Of a DNA stretch of 64,000 nucleotides, positions 39,163 through 48,488 are shown in pieces. The DNA comes from Desulfatiglandales bacterium (GTDB taxonomy: Bacteria; Desulfobacterota; DSM-4660; Desulfatiglandales; HGW-15), in assembly GCA_963667015.2 (NCBI GenBank), contig CAXXJJ010000001.1, positions 928,001 through 992,000 on the forward strand. Reading direction: 5' to 3'. The notes under the pieces are model-generated. The model searched no databases. It was not told the DNA's origin and was given only the letters and a program-made list of their open reading frames with translations. The position numbers and the translations under genes were made by a program. Within the stretch, counting starts at the first letter, position 1, and each line of letters starts with the position of its first letter.

Positions 39163-41145
39163 ATGTGCGGAATAGCCGGAATAATAGATTACAAATCCAG
39201 TGAGGATTACATACCTGTCCTTGGACGAATGCTTGGCAGCATTCGTCACAGGGGACCTGACTCCTTTGGTATATACAAGGATCGTGGAACCTGGCTTGCC
39301 TCAACGCGTTTGAGCATCATCGATCTTAACACTGGAGATCAGCCAATACATAATGAAGACAAAACAGTATGGGTTGTGTTGAATGGTGAGATCTTCAACT
39401 ACCCTGAACTTCGTAAAGAACTCCAGGATAAAGGCCATCAGTTTTACACCACCACCGATACAGAGGTCCTTGTTCATCTCTATGAAGAATATGATTATGA
39501 TTTTCTCAATATGCTCAATGGTCAGTATGCCTTTGCGATATGGGATCATAAAAAAGAATCTCTTCTTTTAGGACGTGACCGAGTTGGGATACATCCTCTG
39601 TTTTATCACTACACGAACAACCGCATGGTATTTGGTTCAGAAATAAAAGCCATATTCATGGACACTGGCATAAACAGGCGTCTTAATACTCAGACCCTCT
39701 CGGACATATTTACATGCTGGACACCGGTATCCCCTGATACGGTTTTTGAGGGAGTAAAACAACTGCCTCCGGCACACTATGCGGTTTTATCAAAGCATGG
39801 CATGGATATTAAACGTTACTGGGATTTTTCATTTAATGAAGAGTTTTCCTCAAACAAAACACTAAATGAATCAATCGAGGAACTGAATGTCCTGCTTAAG
39901 GATGCCATTCGAATAAGGCTCAGAGCGGACGTCCCTGTTGGAGCCTATTTGAGCGGAGGTCTGGACAGCACATTTACTACATCCCTTGTAAAAAAGCATT
40001 TCAATAACCAGCTTAAGACATTTTCTGTAAGCTTTGCGGACAGCCGGTTTGATGAGGCCAGGTTTCAGGAACAGGCAGTTCGTGCACTTGAGACAGACCA
40101 TAAAATTGTAAAATGTCATGAAAATGATATAGGTGAGATCTATCCTGATATTATCTGGCATGCAGAAGTACCATTGCTTCGTACCGGTCCGGCTCCCCTG
40201 TTTCTGCTTTCAAAACTTGTAAGGCAGAACAACTTCAAGGTGGTGCTTACCGGAGAAGGTGCAGATGAGTTCTTTGCCGGCTACAATATATTCAAGGAAG
40301 ACCGAATCAGGAGGTTCTGGGCTAAGCAACCCGAATCCGAAATAAGGCCCCTGCTTCTAAAGAAACTCTACCCCTATATTTTCAGTGATGATGGAAAGAC
40401 AAACGCATTTCACAGGGCATTCTTTAAGAAGTATCTTACAGATACTGAAAACCATGCTTATTCACACATGCTGAGATGGAACAATACTTCATCAGTTAAA
40501 AACTTTTTTTCTGACGATTTCAGGAGTCAGACAGAGAATCTGGAAAGCTTTGTAAACAGGTTCACAAACAGTCTGCCCTCAGATTTTCAATCATGGGCGC
40601 CTTTATCCCGTGCCCAGTACATAGAAGCATCCTTGTTTCTTTCGAACTACCTGCTCTCAAGCCAGGGAGATAGAATGGCAATGGGTAACTCGGTGGAAGG
40701 AAGATTCCCGTTCCTGGATCATCGTGTTATCGAATTCGCTTCGAGAATACCACCGCGGTTTCGTTTGAACGGGTTGACAGAAAAATTTATATTAAAGAAG
40801 GCTGCCAGTAATATCATTCCTGACGAATTGAGAGACCGCCCCAAACAGCCATACAGGGCGCCGATAGTATCCTGTTTTATGGGGCAGAATTCACCGGAAT
40901 ACGTGAAAGAGATGTTGTCTGAGAGAATGATTGTTGAGAAAGGATATTTTGATCCTAAACGTGTATCAGTTCTTTTCAATAAGTGCGAAAGAGGGCAGGG
41001 GCAAATATTAAGTGAAAGGGAAAATATGGCGCTCGTGGGCATTCTTTCAACACAATTGCTTGATCATATGTTCCTGCAGGAATTTCCGTCAAGGCAGATA
41101 GATGTACCGGATAATATAAGAATTTTAAAACAACCGAAAATCTAG
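39163..41145 (+). CDS. asnB: Asparagine synthase (glutamine-hydrolysing)-like amidotransferase
   Basis: MCGIAG, HRGPD, NGEIFN, LSGGLDS, GEGADE and RFPFLD motifs; probably polysaccharide-modifying given context. Confidence 0.88.
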   Translation: MCGIAGIIDYKSSEDYIPVLGRMLGSIRHRGPDSFGIYKDRGTWLASTRLSIIDLNTGDQPIHNEDKTVWVVLNGEIFNYPELRKELQDKGHQFYTTTDTEVLVHLYEEYDYDFLNMLNGQYAFAIWDHKKESLLLGRDRVGIHPLFYHYTNNRMVFGSEIKAIFMDTGINRRLNTQTLSDIFTCWTPVSPDTVFEGVKQLPPAHYAVLSKHGMDIKRYWDFSFNEEFSSNKTLNESIEELNVLLKDAIRIRLRADVPVGAYLSGGLDSTFTTSLVKKHFNNQLKTFSVSFADSRFDEARFQEQAVRALETDHKIVKCHENDIGEIYPDIIWHAEVPLLRTGPAPLFLLSKLVRQNNFKVVLTGEGADEFFAGYNIFKEDRIRRFWAKQPESEIRPLLLKKLYPYIFSDDGKTNAFHRAFFKKYLTDTENHAYSHMLRWNNTSSVKNFFSDDFRSQTENLESFVNRFTNSLPSDFQSWAPLSRAQYIEASLFLSNYLLSSQGDRMAMGNSVEGRFPFLDHRVIEFASRIPPRFRLNGLTEKFILKKAASNIIPDELRDRPKQPYRAPIVSCFMGQNSPEYVKEMLSERMIVEKGYFDPKRVSVLFNKCERGQGQILSERENMALVGILSTQLLDHMFLQEFPSRQIDVPDNIRILKQPKI

Positions 41146-41227
41146 AGGTCGGTGGTCCGAAATCAGATGTAAGTATAAAAAATCTGAACCGCTAAGAAAC
41201 AAAGGACGCAAAGAGAAAAGCCATTCA

Positions 41228-41441
41228 GGACACGGATGAGCACAGATTACACGGATTAAAAAAAACATAGTTAGAGACGGATATTTTTATTTCAAAGATT
41301 CAAAATATTAAATCTTGTTGATATATCTACAAGATCTGGCAGTAGATCAATTTATAAAAATAAGCTGGCTTGTTTTTATAATTATCTTCCGCCTAGCCTT
41401 TGAAAGAAAAAAATCCGTGTTAATCCTTTAAATCCGTGTCC
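41228..41441. repeat. Family E palindromic element (CACGGAT units)
   Basis: GGACACGGATGAGCACAGATTACACGGATT ... AATCCGTGTTAATCCTTTAAATCCGTGTCC. Confidence 0.85.
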
Positions 41442-41460
41442 CAATATAAGAAGCATAATC

Positions 41461-41631
41461 ATGGAACGTATCTGCAACAAAGCAAAGAATTATAAAGAAG
41501 CCGAGGAATGGGATATAAAGCAGCAGCTGAGTATGACTCCCGAGGAGCGACAGGATGCTGCAAAGGAGCTTCGTGAAAGAGTGTATGGTCGGGAGAACAT
41601 TGATATAAAAGACTCAATCAGAAAAATATGA
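41461..41631 (+). CDS. Small 56-aa protein (not in the ORF track), partner of the nucleotidyltransferase
   Basis: MERICNKAKNYKEAEEWDIKQQLSMTPEERQDAAKELRERVYGRENIDIKDSIRKI*; ATGA overlap with the next gene. Confidence 0.7.
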   Translation: MERICNKAKNYKEAEEWDIKQQLSMTPEERQDAAKELRERVYGRENIDIKDSIRKI

Positions 41632-42119
41632 AATCAACCTATTTCTCAAAGGATGTTCAAGAATTTTTATTCCTTCTTGATAAATACCATGTTCGGTATG
41701 TTATCGTTGGAGGTGAAGCTGTAATATACTATGGATATGTAAGGTTGACTGGAGATATAGATATATTTTTTGATTCTGGACAGGATAACACGACAAAACT
41801 ATATGATACATTAATAGAATTTTGGGAAGGTGAAATACCTGGAATAAAAAATGTAGATGAACTTGCAGAACCTGGAGTTATTATCCAATTTGGTGTGCCA
41901 CCAAATCGAATTGACCTGATAAACAAAATAGAAGGAGTTATATTTCATGAAGCGTGGGAAGAAAAGGTCATAGAGACAATCACTATCAATAATCAGGTTA
42001 TTTCAATTTATTATATCGGGATTAATCAACTAGTAAAAAACAAATCATCTCTTGATAGACCGAAGGACCTGGATGATTTAAAATATCTCAGAAAAAGAAT
42101 AGATATGGATAATTTCTGA
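41628..42119 (+). CDS. Nucleotidyltransferase-fold protein (DUF6036/AbiEii-like)
   Basis: YVIVGGEAV..YG..R.TGDIDI, PPNRIDL and NK....RPKDLDD motifs. Confidence 0.8.
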   Translation: MKSTYFSKDVQEFLFLLDKYHVRYVIVGGEAVIYYGYVRLTGDIDIFFDSGQDNTTKLYDTLIEFWEGEIPGIKNVDELAEPGVIIQFGVPPNRIDLINKIEGVIFHEAWEEKVIETITINNQVISIYYIGINQLVKNKSSLDRPKDLDDLKYLRKRIDMDNF

Positions 42120-42198
42120 CATCTGATCTCTGATATCAGACCTCTGCACTTTATGAACCCATAACCTAAGTAACCCAAAAACACAATAAACTACAGCA

Positions 42199-42839
42199 AT
42201 GAAAATAAAACATACTATTATAATTGTCGCCATAATGCTCTTCACCATGGTCTTTTTACGCTACATCAACCACAGTGAAGACATGAAACCGAATAAACCT
42301 TTTTCAACATTTCCAAAAGAGATAGGAGAATGGAAAGGCACAGAAGGCAGGTTTGATCAGCAGGTATATGATGTTCTGGGAGTAGATGATTCCTTTCTTG
42401 CGGGTTACCGAACTCTTGATGGTCGATATGTTCAGCTTTATATAGGCTTTCACCAGAGCCAAAAAGAAGGGGATCTTATGCATTCCCCTAAAAACTGTAT
42501 GCCTGGCGGTGGTTGGAATATTACTGATATAGAAATAGAAGAGTTAATAATTCCAAATAATTCACCGTCTAAAATTAACACAATAAAACTCGACCTTTCA
42601 AACGGGAGGGATAAACAGGTTGTGCTGTACTGGTACCAGTCAAGAGGCAGATTTATTTCATCAGAGTACTGCAGAAAATATATCTTGTAATAGATTCAAT
42701 CACAAAGAAAAGAACAGACGGATCTTTTGTAAGGCTCATTGCTCCAGTGGAAAACGGCAATGAAGAAAAAGCACTGACCGATCTGAAGGATTTTGCACGT
42801 CTTCTTGTTCCAGTATTGCAGGAGTATTTGCCGAATTAG
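42199..42839 (+). pseudogene. epsI: EpsI (exosortase-associated periplasmic protein) with a 1-nt frameshift
   Basis: HSPKNCMPGGGW and LYWYQSRGR. Restoring one base near 42670 gives ...SEYWQKIYLVIDSITKKRTDGSFVRLIAP...QEYLPN*. Confidence 0.85.
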
Positions 42840-42855
42840 CGCGGAGCGCTAATAA

Positions 42856-43409
42856 CAGAGGTCAGAAGTCTGAGATCAGATATCAGGAAAAACTAGAGGT
42901 CCGTAATCTGAAGTCAGAAATCAGAAAGTATATAATACTCAGATAAACGTAAATATTTTAAATGATAATTAATTCCGCCAAAGAACTTAAAGTATATAAA
43001 GCCGCATACGAACAAGCGATGGAGATTTTTCAACTTAGTAAGGAATGGCCTGCTGAAGAGAAATATTCATTAACTGATCAGATAAGAAGATCTTCCCGTT
43101 CAGTATGCAGTAATTTGAGAGAGGCATGGTCAAAGAGAAGATACGAGGCACATTTTATTAGTAAACTGACCGATTCTGATGGAGAAAATAGTGAAACGGA
43201 TACATGGTTGGATTTTGCTCATAATTGCGAGTATCTTAATGAAAAGGATCATAAACGTTTAACTAACAAGTGTTCAGAGGTTGGTAAGATGCTGGGAGCA
43301 ATGCTCAAAAATCCCCAAAAATTCCTTTTAAAATTTTAGATTTTGTCTTTAAAGGTCTCAGATCTCTGATGTCCGACTTCTGACATCTGATATCTGACCT
43401 CTGATTTCT
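42856..43409. repeat. TCAGA-heptamer (family D) inverted arms enclosing the four-helix-bundle gene
   Basis: cagaggtcagaagtctgagatcagatatcag ... tctgacatctgatatctgacctctg; other arms near 23633, 23803, 24810, 26711, 27862, 41144 and 42113. Confidence 0.85.
42962..43339 (+). CDS. Four-helix-bundle protein (23S rRNA IVS-encoded protein/bAvd-like family)
   Basis: LKVYK, EEKYSLTDQIRRSSRSVCSNL.E.W.KRRY..HF motif. Confidence 0.92.
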   Translation: MIINSAKELKVYKAAYEQAMEIFQLSKEWPAEEKYSLTDQIRRSSRSVCSNLREAWSKRRYEAHFISKLTDSDGENSETDTWLDFAHNCEYLNEKDHKRLTNKCSEVGKMLGAMLKNPQKFLLKF

Positions 43410-43442
43410 ACAAGGCATAACAGTAATAAACTAATTATTTCT

Positions 43443-44282
43443 ATGAAATTTAAAAATTATATCCAAATTGCGTTAACCGCGGGCGCCTTCCTCGCCCTCT
43501 ACAACCACACAATTATCAAGCTGGTAGGTGACTGGTCCAGTGATCCAAATTTTTCACACGGATTTCTGATTCCTGTTATTGCCGCTTATATGATCTGGCA
43601 TAAAAAGGATGAATTGGCGAGTTTAACAGTTGAAAAAAATAACTGGGGATTATTATTTATTGCTGTCGGAATGGTTTTTCATGTCCTCGGTAATATCGGA
43701 TCCGAACTGTTCATAATGCGAAGTTCAATAATATTTACCGTATTCGGAGTTGTGCTTTATATTACTGGCAGTAATGTATCTAAAAAGATTATTATTCCGA
43801 TCATCTATCTTTTTTTCATGATACCCATCCCGGCAATAATATGGAACAAGATAGCCTTTCCCCTGCAGCTTTTTGCAGCCGGTCTTTCAGCAAATGTTGT
43901 TGATCTGATAGGTATATCGGTATTAAGGGAAGGGAATGTGCTTCATCTTGCAAACACTTCTCTTGAAGTGGTGGATGCATGTTCCGGACTGCGTTCTCTC
44001 ACATCGCTCCTTGCGCTGGGTGGAGCATTTGCCTATATCTCAAATCTTAAAAATATTTCAAAGTGGATACTCTTTGTTTCCGCTGTTCCTATTGCGGTTA
44101 CTGTGAATATTTTTCGTCTTACAATTACCGCAATTATGGCTGAAAAGATTGGTCCGGAGACAGCACAGGGATTCCTTCATGATGCATCCGGGCTGATTAT
44201 TTTTGTACTGGCTTTTATTCTACTGTTTTTGGCGTATATCCTTTTATCGAAAGTTGAAAAGAAAATTGCCAAAGACTCATAA
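43443..44282 (+). CDS. epsH: Exosortase (EpsH family)
   Basis: FSHGFLIP, FFMIPIP, VVDACSGLRSL (catalytic Cys), NIFR and LHD motifs; multiple TMs. Confidence 0.92.
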   Translation: MKFKNYIQIALTAGAFLALYNHTIIKLVGDWSSDPNFSHGFLIPVIAAYMIWHKKDELASLTVEKNNWGLLFIAVGMVFHVLGNIGSELFIMRSSIIFTVFGVVLYITGSNVSKKIIIPIIYLFFMIPIPAIIWNKIAFPLQLFAAGLSANVVDLIGISVLREGNVLHLANTSLEVVDACSGLRSLTSLLALGGAFAYISNLKNISKWILFVSAVPIAVTVNIFRLTITAIMAEKIGPETAQGFLHDASGLIIFVLAFILLFLAYILLSKVEKKIAKDS

Positions 44283-44301
44283 AAATAATTAATAAATTTT
44301 C

Positions 44302-44518
44302 GACAGGATCAACAGGATAGACAGGATATAAATTTTTGCTTTTCCGGACGAAAAGCAAAAAGTAGATGTCCTCTTTTATAAAAGTTTAACAGTTGCAGGA
44401 ATGTTATATATAAGTACTTATAATTTTCAATTTCCAACACAACAAAAGGATTGCTCTTTATCACTTTCGTCCGGAAAGTGATAAAAAACAAAATCCTGAA
44501 AATCATGTAAATCCTGTC
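44302..44518. repeat. Family A copy 10
   Basis: Full architecture. Confidence 0.9.
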
Positions 44519-44672
44519 TAATATTAATCTTTCTTAACGTTCTTCTTGGCGCGCCGTAGTCCTGGACGAAGGCGGATACATCTCGAGTGAGCAATGCGAA
44601 CGGGCGGAGAAAAATAAAAAACAGTCTGTGTAAGTCTGTGTGGGTCTGTGGCTAATAAAAAAGGAGTTGGCT

Positions 44673-45674
44673 ATGAAAATTTGTAAAAAATGCATCCTCC
44701 CGGAAACCTTCCCCGGCATCAAATTCAATGACCAGGGTATCTGTAACCACTGCCTTCGTGCAGAGGCTTCAAATGTGGATACAGATGAAAAAAAATCAGA
44801 ATACCATGACCGTCTTGACAAATTGATAGAATCTGTAAAAGGAACATCAGGTTCTTATGACGCGATCATGGCCTATAGCGGAGGTAAAGATTCAAGCTAT
44901 ACCCTTAAGCTTTTAATGGAACGGTATGATTTAAAGATACTGGCATTTACCTTTGACAACCATTTTGTATCTCCCGGTGCATGGACGAATATAGATACTA
45001 TCGTTGATACACTCTCTGTTGATCTGATAAAGCTCAGGCCCCCGTGGGCTGTCGTAAAAAATATGTTCTGTGTAACTTCACAGGAAGATATCTTCTCAAA
45101 GGCAACACTTCTTCGCGCAAGCTCTGTTTGCACAGCATGTATTGGAATAGTAAAAAGCTTTGCTCTAAAAACCGCGGTGGAAATGAATATACCGCTTGTT
45201 GCGTTCGGCTGGTCTCCGGGGCAGGCCCCTATTCAGTCTGCAATAATGAAGACAAATCCGGCCCTTATAAAGCAGAACCAGGAATCTATAAAAAAATCTT
45301 TTCCAGCGGATATCTATAATTCAATTTCACAATATTTTCTGCCAACAGAATATTTTGACAATTATAAGGATCGATTCCCTTATAATATCCATCCATTGGC
45401 CTTTTTTGATTACAATGAATCGGCAATTATGGATGAACTGAAAAAAATGGGATGGAAAGCCCCGGATGATACGGACACAAACTCATCAAACTGTCTTATT
45501 AATGCCTTTGCAAACCACTGTCATTTGGAACGCCATAAGTTCCACCCATATGTATGGGAAATAGCAAATATGGTAAGGCAGGGTGTAATGGACAGAGAAG
45601 AGGGTATGGAAAAGATTTATTCTGATCAGAATCAGAATATGGTTGAATATGCGAAAAATAAACTTGGGCTTTAG
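44673..45674 (+). CDS. PP-loop ATPase (N-acetyl-sugar amidotransferase-like)
   Basis: AAGGAG RBS; CKKC..CNHC N-terminus, SGGKDS PP-loop, CTAC and SSNC motifs. Confidence 0.75.
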   Translation: MKICKKCILPETFPGIKFNDQGICNHCLRAEASNVDTDEKKSEYHDRLDKLIESVKGTSGSYDAIMAYSGGKDSSYTLKLLMERYDLKILAFTFDNHFVSPGAWTNIDTIVDTLSVDLIKLRPPWAVVKNMFCVTSQEDIFSKATLLRASSVCTACIGIVKSFALKTAVEMNIPLVAFGWSPGQAPIQSAIMKTNPALIKQNQESIKKSFPADIYNSISQYFLPTEYFDNYKDRFPYNIHPLAFFDYNESAIMDELKKMGWKAPDDTDTNSSNCLINAFANHCHLERHKFHPYVWEIANMVRQGVMDREEGMEKIYSDQNQNMVEYAKNKLGL

Positions 45675-45723
45675 CCACTGACTCGTACAAATTCATATAA
45701 TATAAAAAGAAAAAACAATATTC

Positions 45724-45961
45724 GCCACAGACCCACACGGACACACATGGACGTTAAAAATTAATTTTATTTTATGTTTCAAAACCTTAATATATTAAGA
45801 AATCTTGACAATTTATTGTCAAGACTTGGCAGAAGGCCATGGTGTTAAAAATAAGCAAACTTGTTTTTACTTCAAATGTCTTTCTGCCGGAGCTTTGAAA
45901 CATAATCGGTTTTAATAGAGTTATGATTATCTGTTTGTGTAAGTCTGTGTGTGTCCGTGGC
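45724..45961. repeat. Family C palindromic element (CACAGAC units)
   Basis: GCCACAGACCCACACGGACACACATGGAC ... GTGTAAGTCTGTGTGTGTCCGTGGC; half copies at 44624-44652 and 46223-46251. Confidence 0.88.
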
Positions 45962-45977
45962 GAAAAATTATTAAGGG

Positions 45978-46223
45978 GTGATTGAAGTGAAAGAAAAAAT
46001 ACGAACATTTATAGTTGAGAATTTTTTATTTGGTCAGGATGAAGGTTTAAAAGATGATTCTTCATTTCTGGATGAAGGCATTATTGATTCAACAGGAATC
46101 TTGGAACTTGTGAATTTTCTTGAAGAAGAGTTTTCGGTAACGGTGGATGATGAGGAGCTTATTCCTGAAAATCTTGATTCGATAAGTAATGTTGTTGGCT
46201 ATCTTGAGAAAAAGCTCAATTAG
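45978..46223 (+). CDS. Acyl carrier protein
   Basis: Acidic 81 aa with GIIDSTGILEL (phosphopantetheine Ser). Confidence 0.9.
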   Translation: MIEVKEKIRTFIVENFLFGQDEGLKDDSSFLDEGIIDSTGILELVNFLEEEFSVTVDDEELIPENLDSISNVVGYLEKKLN

Positions 46224-46269
46224 CCACTGACCCACACAGACACACATGGACAAAAAAGAATAAACTGTA

Positions 46270-46481
46270 GACAGGATCAACAGGATGAACATGATTTATA
46301 TATTATGCTCTTCTGGAAGAAGAGCATAATGGAATCGTCTTGTTAGGTAATTAAACTGAAAGTTAGTTATTTTAGACCGCACTAAAAATTCTCATATCTC
46401 CAGGAACAAGTGGATTCTCTTTTTCACTTTCGTCCGGAAAGTGAGAAAAAATAAAATCCTGAAAATCATGTAAATCCTGTC
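46270..46481. repeat. Family A copy 11
   Basis: Full architecture. Confidence 0.9.
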
Positions 46482-46520
46482 AAATAGCTTTTCGTTTTAA
46501 AATCTTAAATTCTTTGAATC

Positions 46521-48149
46521 ATGGAACCAACACTAATCCATCATTTTCTCGAAAACAGCGCCGAAAAATATCCGGACAAAATTGCTCTTATCCACGAAGA
46601 TACCCGTGCGACCTATTCTCAGATCAACAACATGGCCAACAACCTCGCTTATTGGTTGATAGATTCAGGGATACAGAACGGAGATCGTGTAACCTTTATC
46701 CTGGAAAACAGCCTTGAATATGTTGTCACTTACTACGGTATATTTAAAGCAGGAGCAGTCGCAGTCCCTCTTAGTACAGACCTCAAGCCTGACAGTCTGA
46801 ACAAACTGTTAGTCGAACTTGAACCAATAGTATTAATCTCATCAACGAAGTTTGAACGACTACTTAAGTCAACAGACTTATCAATTCCTGGTCTTACTAG
46901 AATAGTTATCAGCAAACCCAGGCTTTCTTTGGATTCTAATAGTTTTAAGGTTTTTTCTTTTGAAGAATTGGTAAGTGATGCTTTTATCCTGAATCCAGAA
47001 CCTTCAGCCAGTGAAATTCACGATAGTGACAGCGAAGCGCATTTCACCGGGCCGATTTATTTCGCCATGCGCCCTGCGCCATGCACTATGCAGATGGACG
47101 ATTTGTCGTCCATCATCTACACCTCCGGCTCCACAGGAAAACCAAAAGGCGTAATGCTGTCACACAAAAACATTGCCTCAAATACTCAATCAATATGCGA
47201 GTATCTGGAACTTACATCTGAAGATATACAAATGGTGGTGCTCCCGTTCTTCTATGTGATGGGGAAGTCACTACTTAATACACATTTTGCTGTCGGTGGT
47301 TCTGTTGTAATAAATAATAAGTTTGCATATCCGGCCACTGTTATAAACCAGATGATAGAAGAAAATGTTACCGGGTTTTCAGGCGTACCTTCAACATATG
47401 CATATCTTCTTCACAGGTCGCCTCTTGAAAAACATCGTGATGACCTCGTTTCCCTGAGGTACTGCTCGCAGGCGGGCGGTCACATGTCAAGGCAGGTTAA
47501 GGTTGATCTCAGAAGGGCCTTACCCGATCATACAAAAATCTATGTTATGTATGGTGCAACAGAGGCCTCGGCACGACTTACCTGGCTTGATCCTGATTAT
47601 TTTGAAGACAAAATGGACTCCATAGGCAAGGCCATTCCAGGTGTCACTGTGAAAGTCATTGGAAAGAATGGAGATGAGCTTAATGTGGGTGAAGAAGGTC
47701 AGCTGGTTGGTTATGGTGAAAACATAATGCAGGGGTACTGGAAGGATAAAGCTTCAACAGATAAGGTGCTTATAAATCGCGGTTACCATACAGGCGACCT
47801 TGGCTATAAAGACAGGGATGGATTCTTCTTTGTAACAGGGAGAAAGGACAATCTCCTCAAAGTAAAGGGCCACAGAATTAATGTTCAGGAAGTTGAGGAT
47901 ATCTTAATGGATACAGGGCTCCTTGTTGAAACAGTGGTTTTGGGAATTAAAGATGATCTATTAGGGAATAGACTTGTATCAATGGCTGTACCAGTGAATG
48001 AAGAAATTGATGAGAATATATTATTAAAAAAATGTTCTGAAAAACTTCCTGACTTTAAGCTTCCCCAGGAAATCAGTTTTGTTCGATCACTACCAAAGAA
48101 GAGTAGTGGTAAGATCGATAGAGAAAAATGTCTTGAAATGCTTAAATAA
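46521..48149 (+). CDS. AMP-forming acyl-CoA/ACP ligase
   Basis: IIYTSGSTGKPKG, MYGATEA, HTGDLG and LPKKSSGK motifs; repeat-derived insert at about 46980-47091. Confidence 0.92.
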   Translation: MEPTLIHHFLENSAEKYPDKIALIHEDTRATYSQINNMANNLAYWLIDSGIQNGDRVTFILENSLEYVVTYYGIFKAGAVAVPLSTDLKPDSLNKLLVELEPIVLISSTKFERLLKSTDLSIPGLTRIVISKPRLSLDSNSFKVFSFEELVSDAFILNPEPSASEIHDSDSEAHFTGPIYFAMRPAPCTMQMDDLSSIIYTSGSTGKPKGVMLSHKNIASNTQSICEYLELTSEDIQMVVLPFFYVMGKSLLNTHFAVGGSVVINNKFAYPATVINQMIEENVTGFSGVPSTYAYLLHRSPLEKHRDDLVSLRYCSQAGGHMSRQVKVDLRRALPDHTKIYVMYGATEASARLTWLDPDYFEDKMDSIGKAIPGVTVKVIGKNGDELNVGEEGQLVGYGENIMQGYWKDKASTDKVLINRGYHTGDLGYKDRDGFFFVTGRKDNLLKVKGHRINVQEVEDILMDTGLLVETVVLGIKDDLLGNRLVSMAVPVNEEIDENILLKKCSEKLPDFKLPQEISFVRSLPKKSSGKIDREKCLEMLK

Positions 48150-48190
48150 CCACTAACATATTTGCGTAACTAAAAATAAAAACCTTAATA

Positions 48191-48479
48191 GCCACAGACC
48201 CACACAGACACACTCGGACTTTAAAAACAAAAAAATATGTTGATTTATTCTGTTTCAAAATTAAAAACTTTTTTAAATATTGTGGATTTTATCTCAATAT
48301 TTACCATGAGATAATAAAACATAAAAAGAAGCCAGCTTGTTTTTACATTTATATTACTCATGCGATATTTTGAAACAGATAGCTAATTTAATAATGACTA
48401 GATAAAATTATCTAGATCAACAAAACTTTAATAATTGTGTTAAGTTATTTGTCTGTGTAAGTCTGTGTGTGTCTGTGGC
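48191..48479. repeat. Family C element upstream of GxxExxY copy 2
   Basis: GCCACAGACCCACACAGAC ... GTCTGTGTAAGTCTGTGTGTGTCTGTGGC, ending 10 nt before the ATG. Confidence 0.9.
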
Positions 48480-48488
48480 TAAATAAAA

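Noticed and set aside
42962..43339. Diversity-generating retroelement (Avd-like protein)
   Set aside because: No reverse transcriptase and no TR/VR pair with adenine-specific differences; the 23679/24686 repeat mismatches are not A-specific.
27931..46481. CRISPR array (conserved repeats with unique spacers)
   Set aside because: Repeats are inverted pairs separated by whole genes, not regularly spaced direct repeats, and there are no cas genes.
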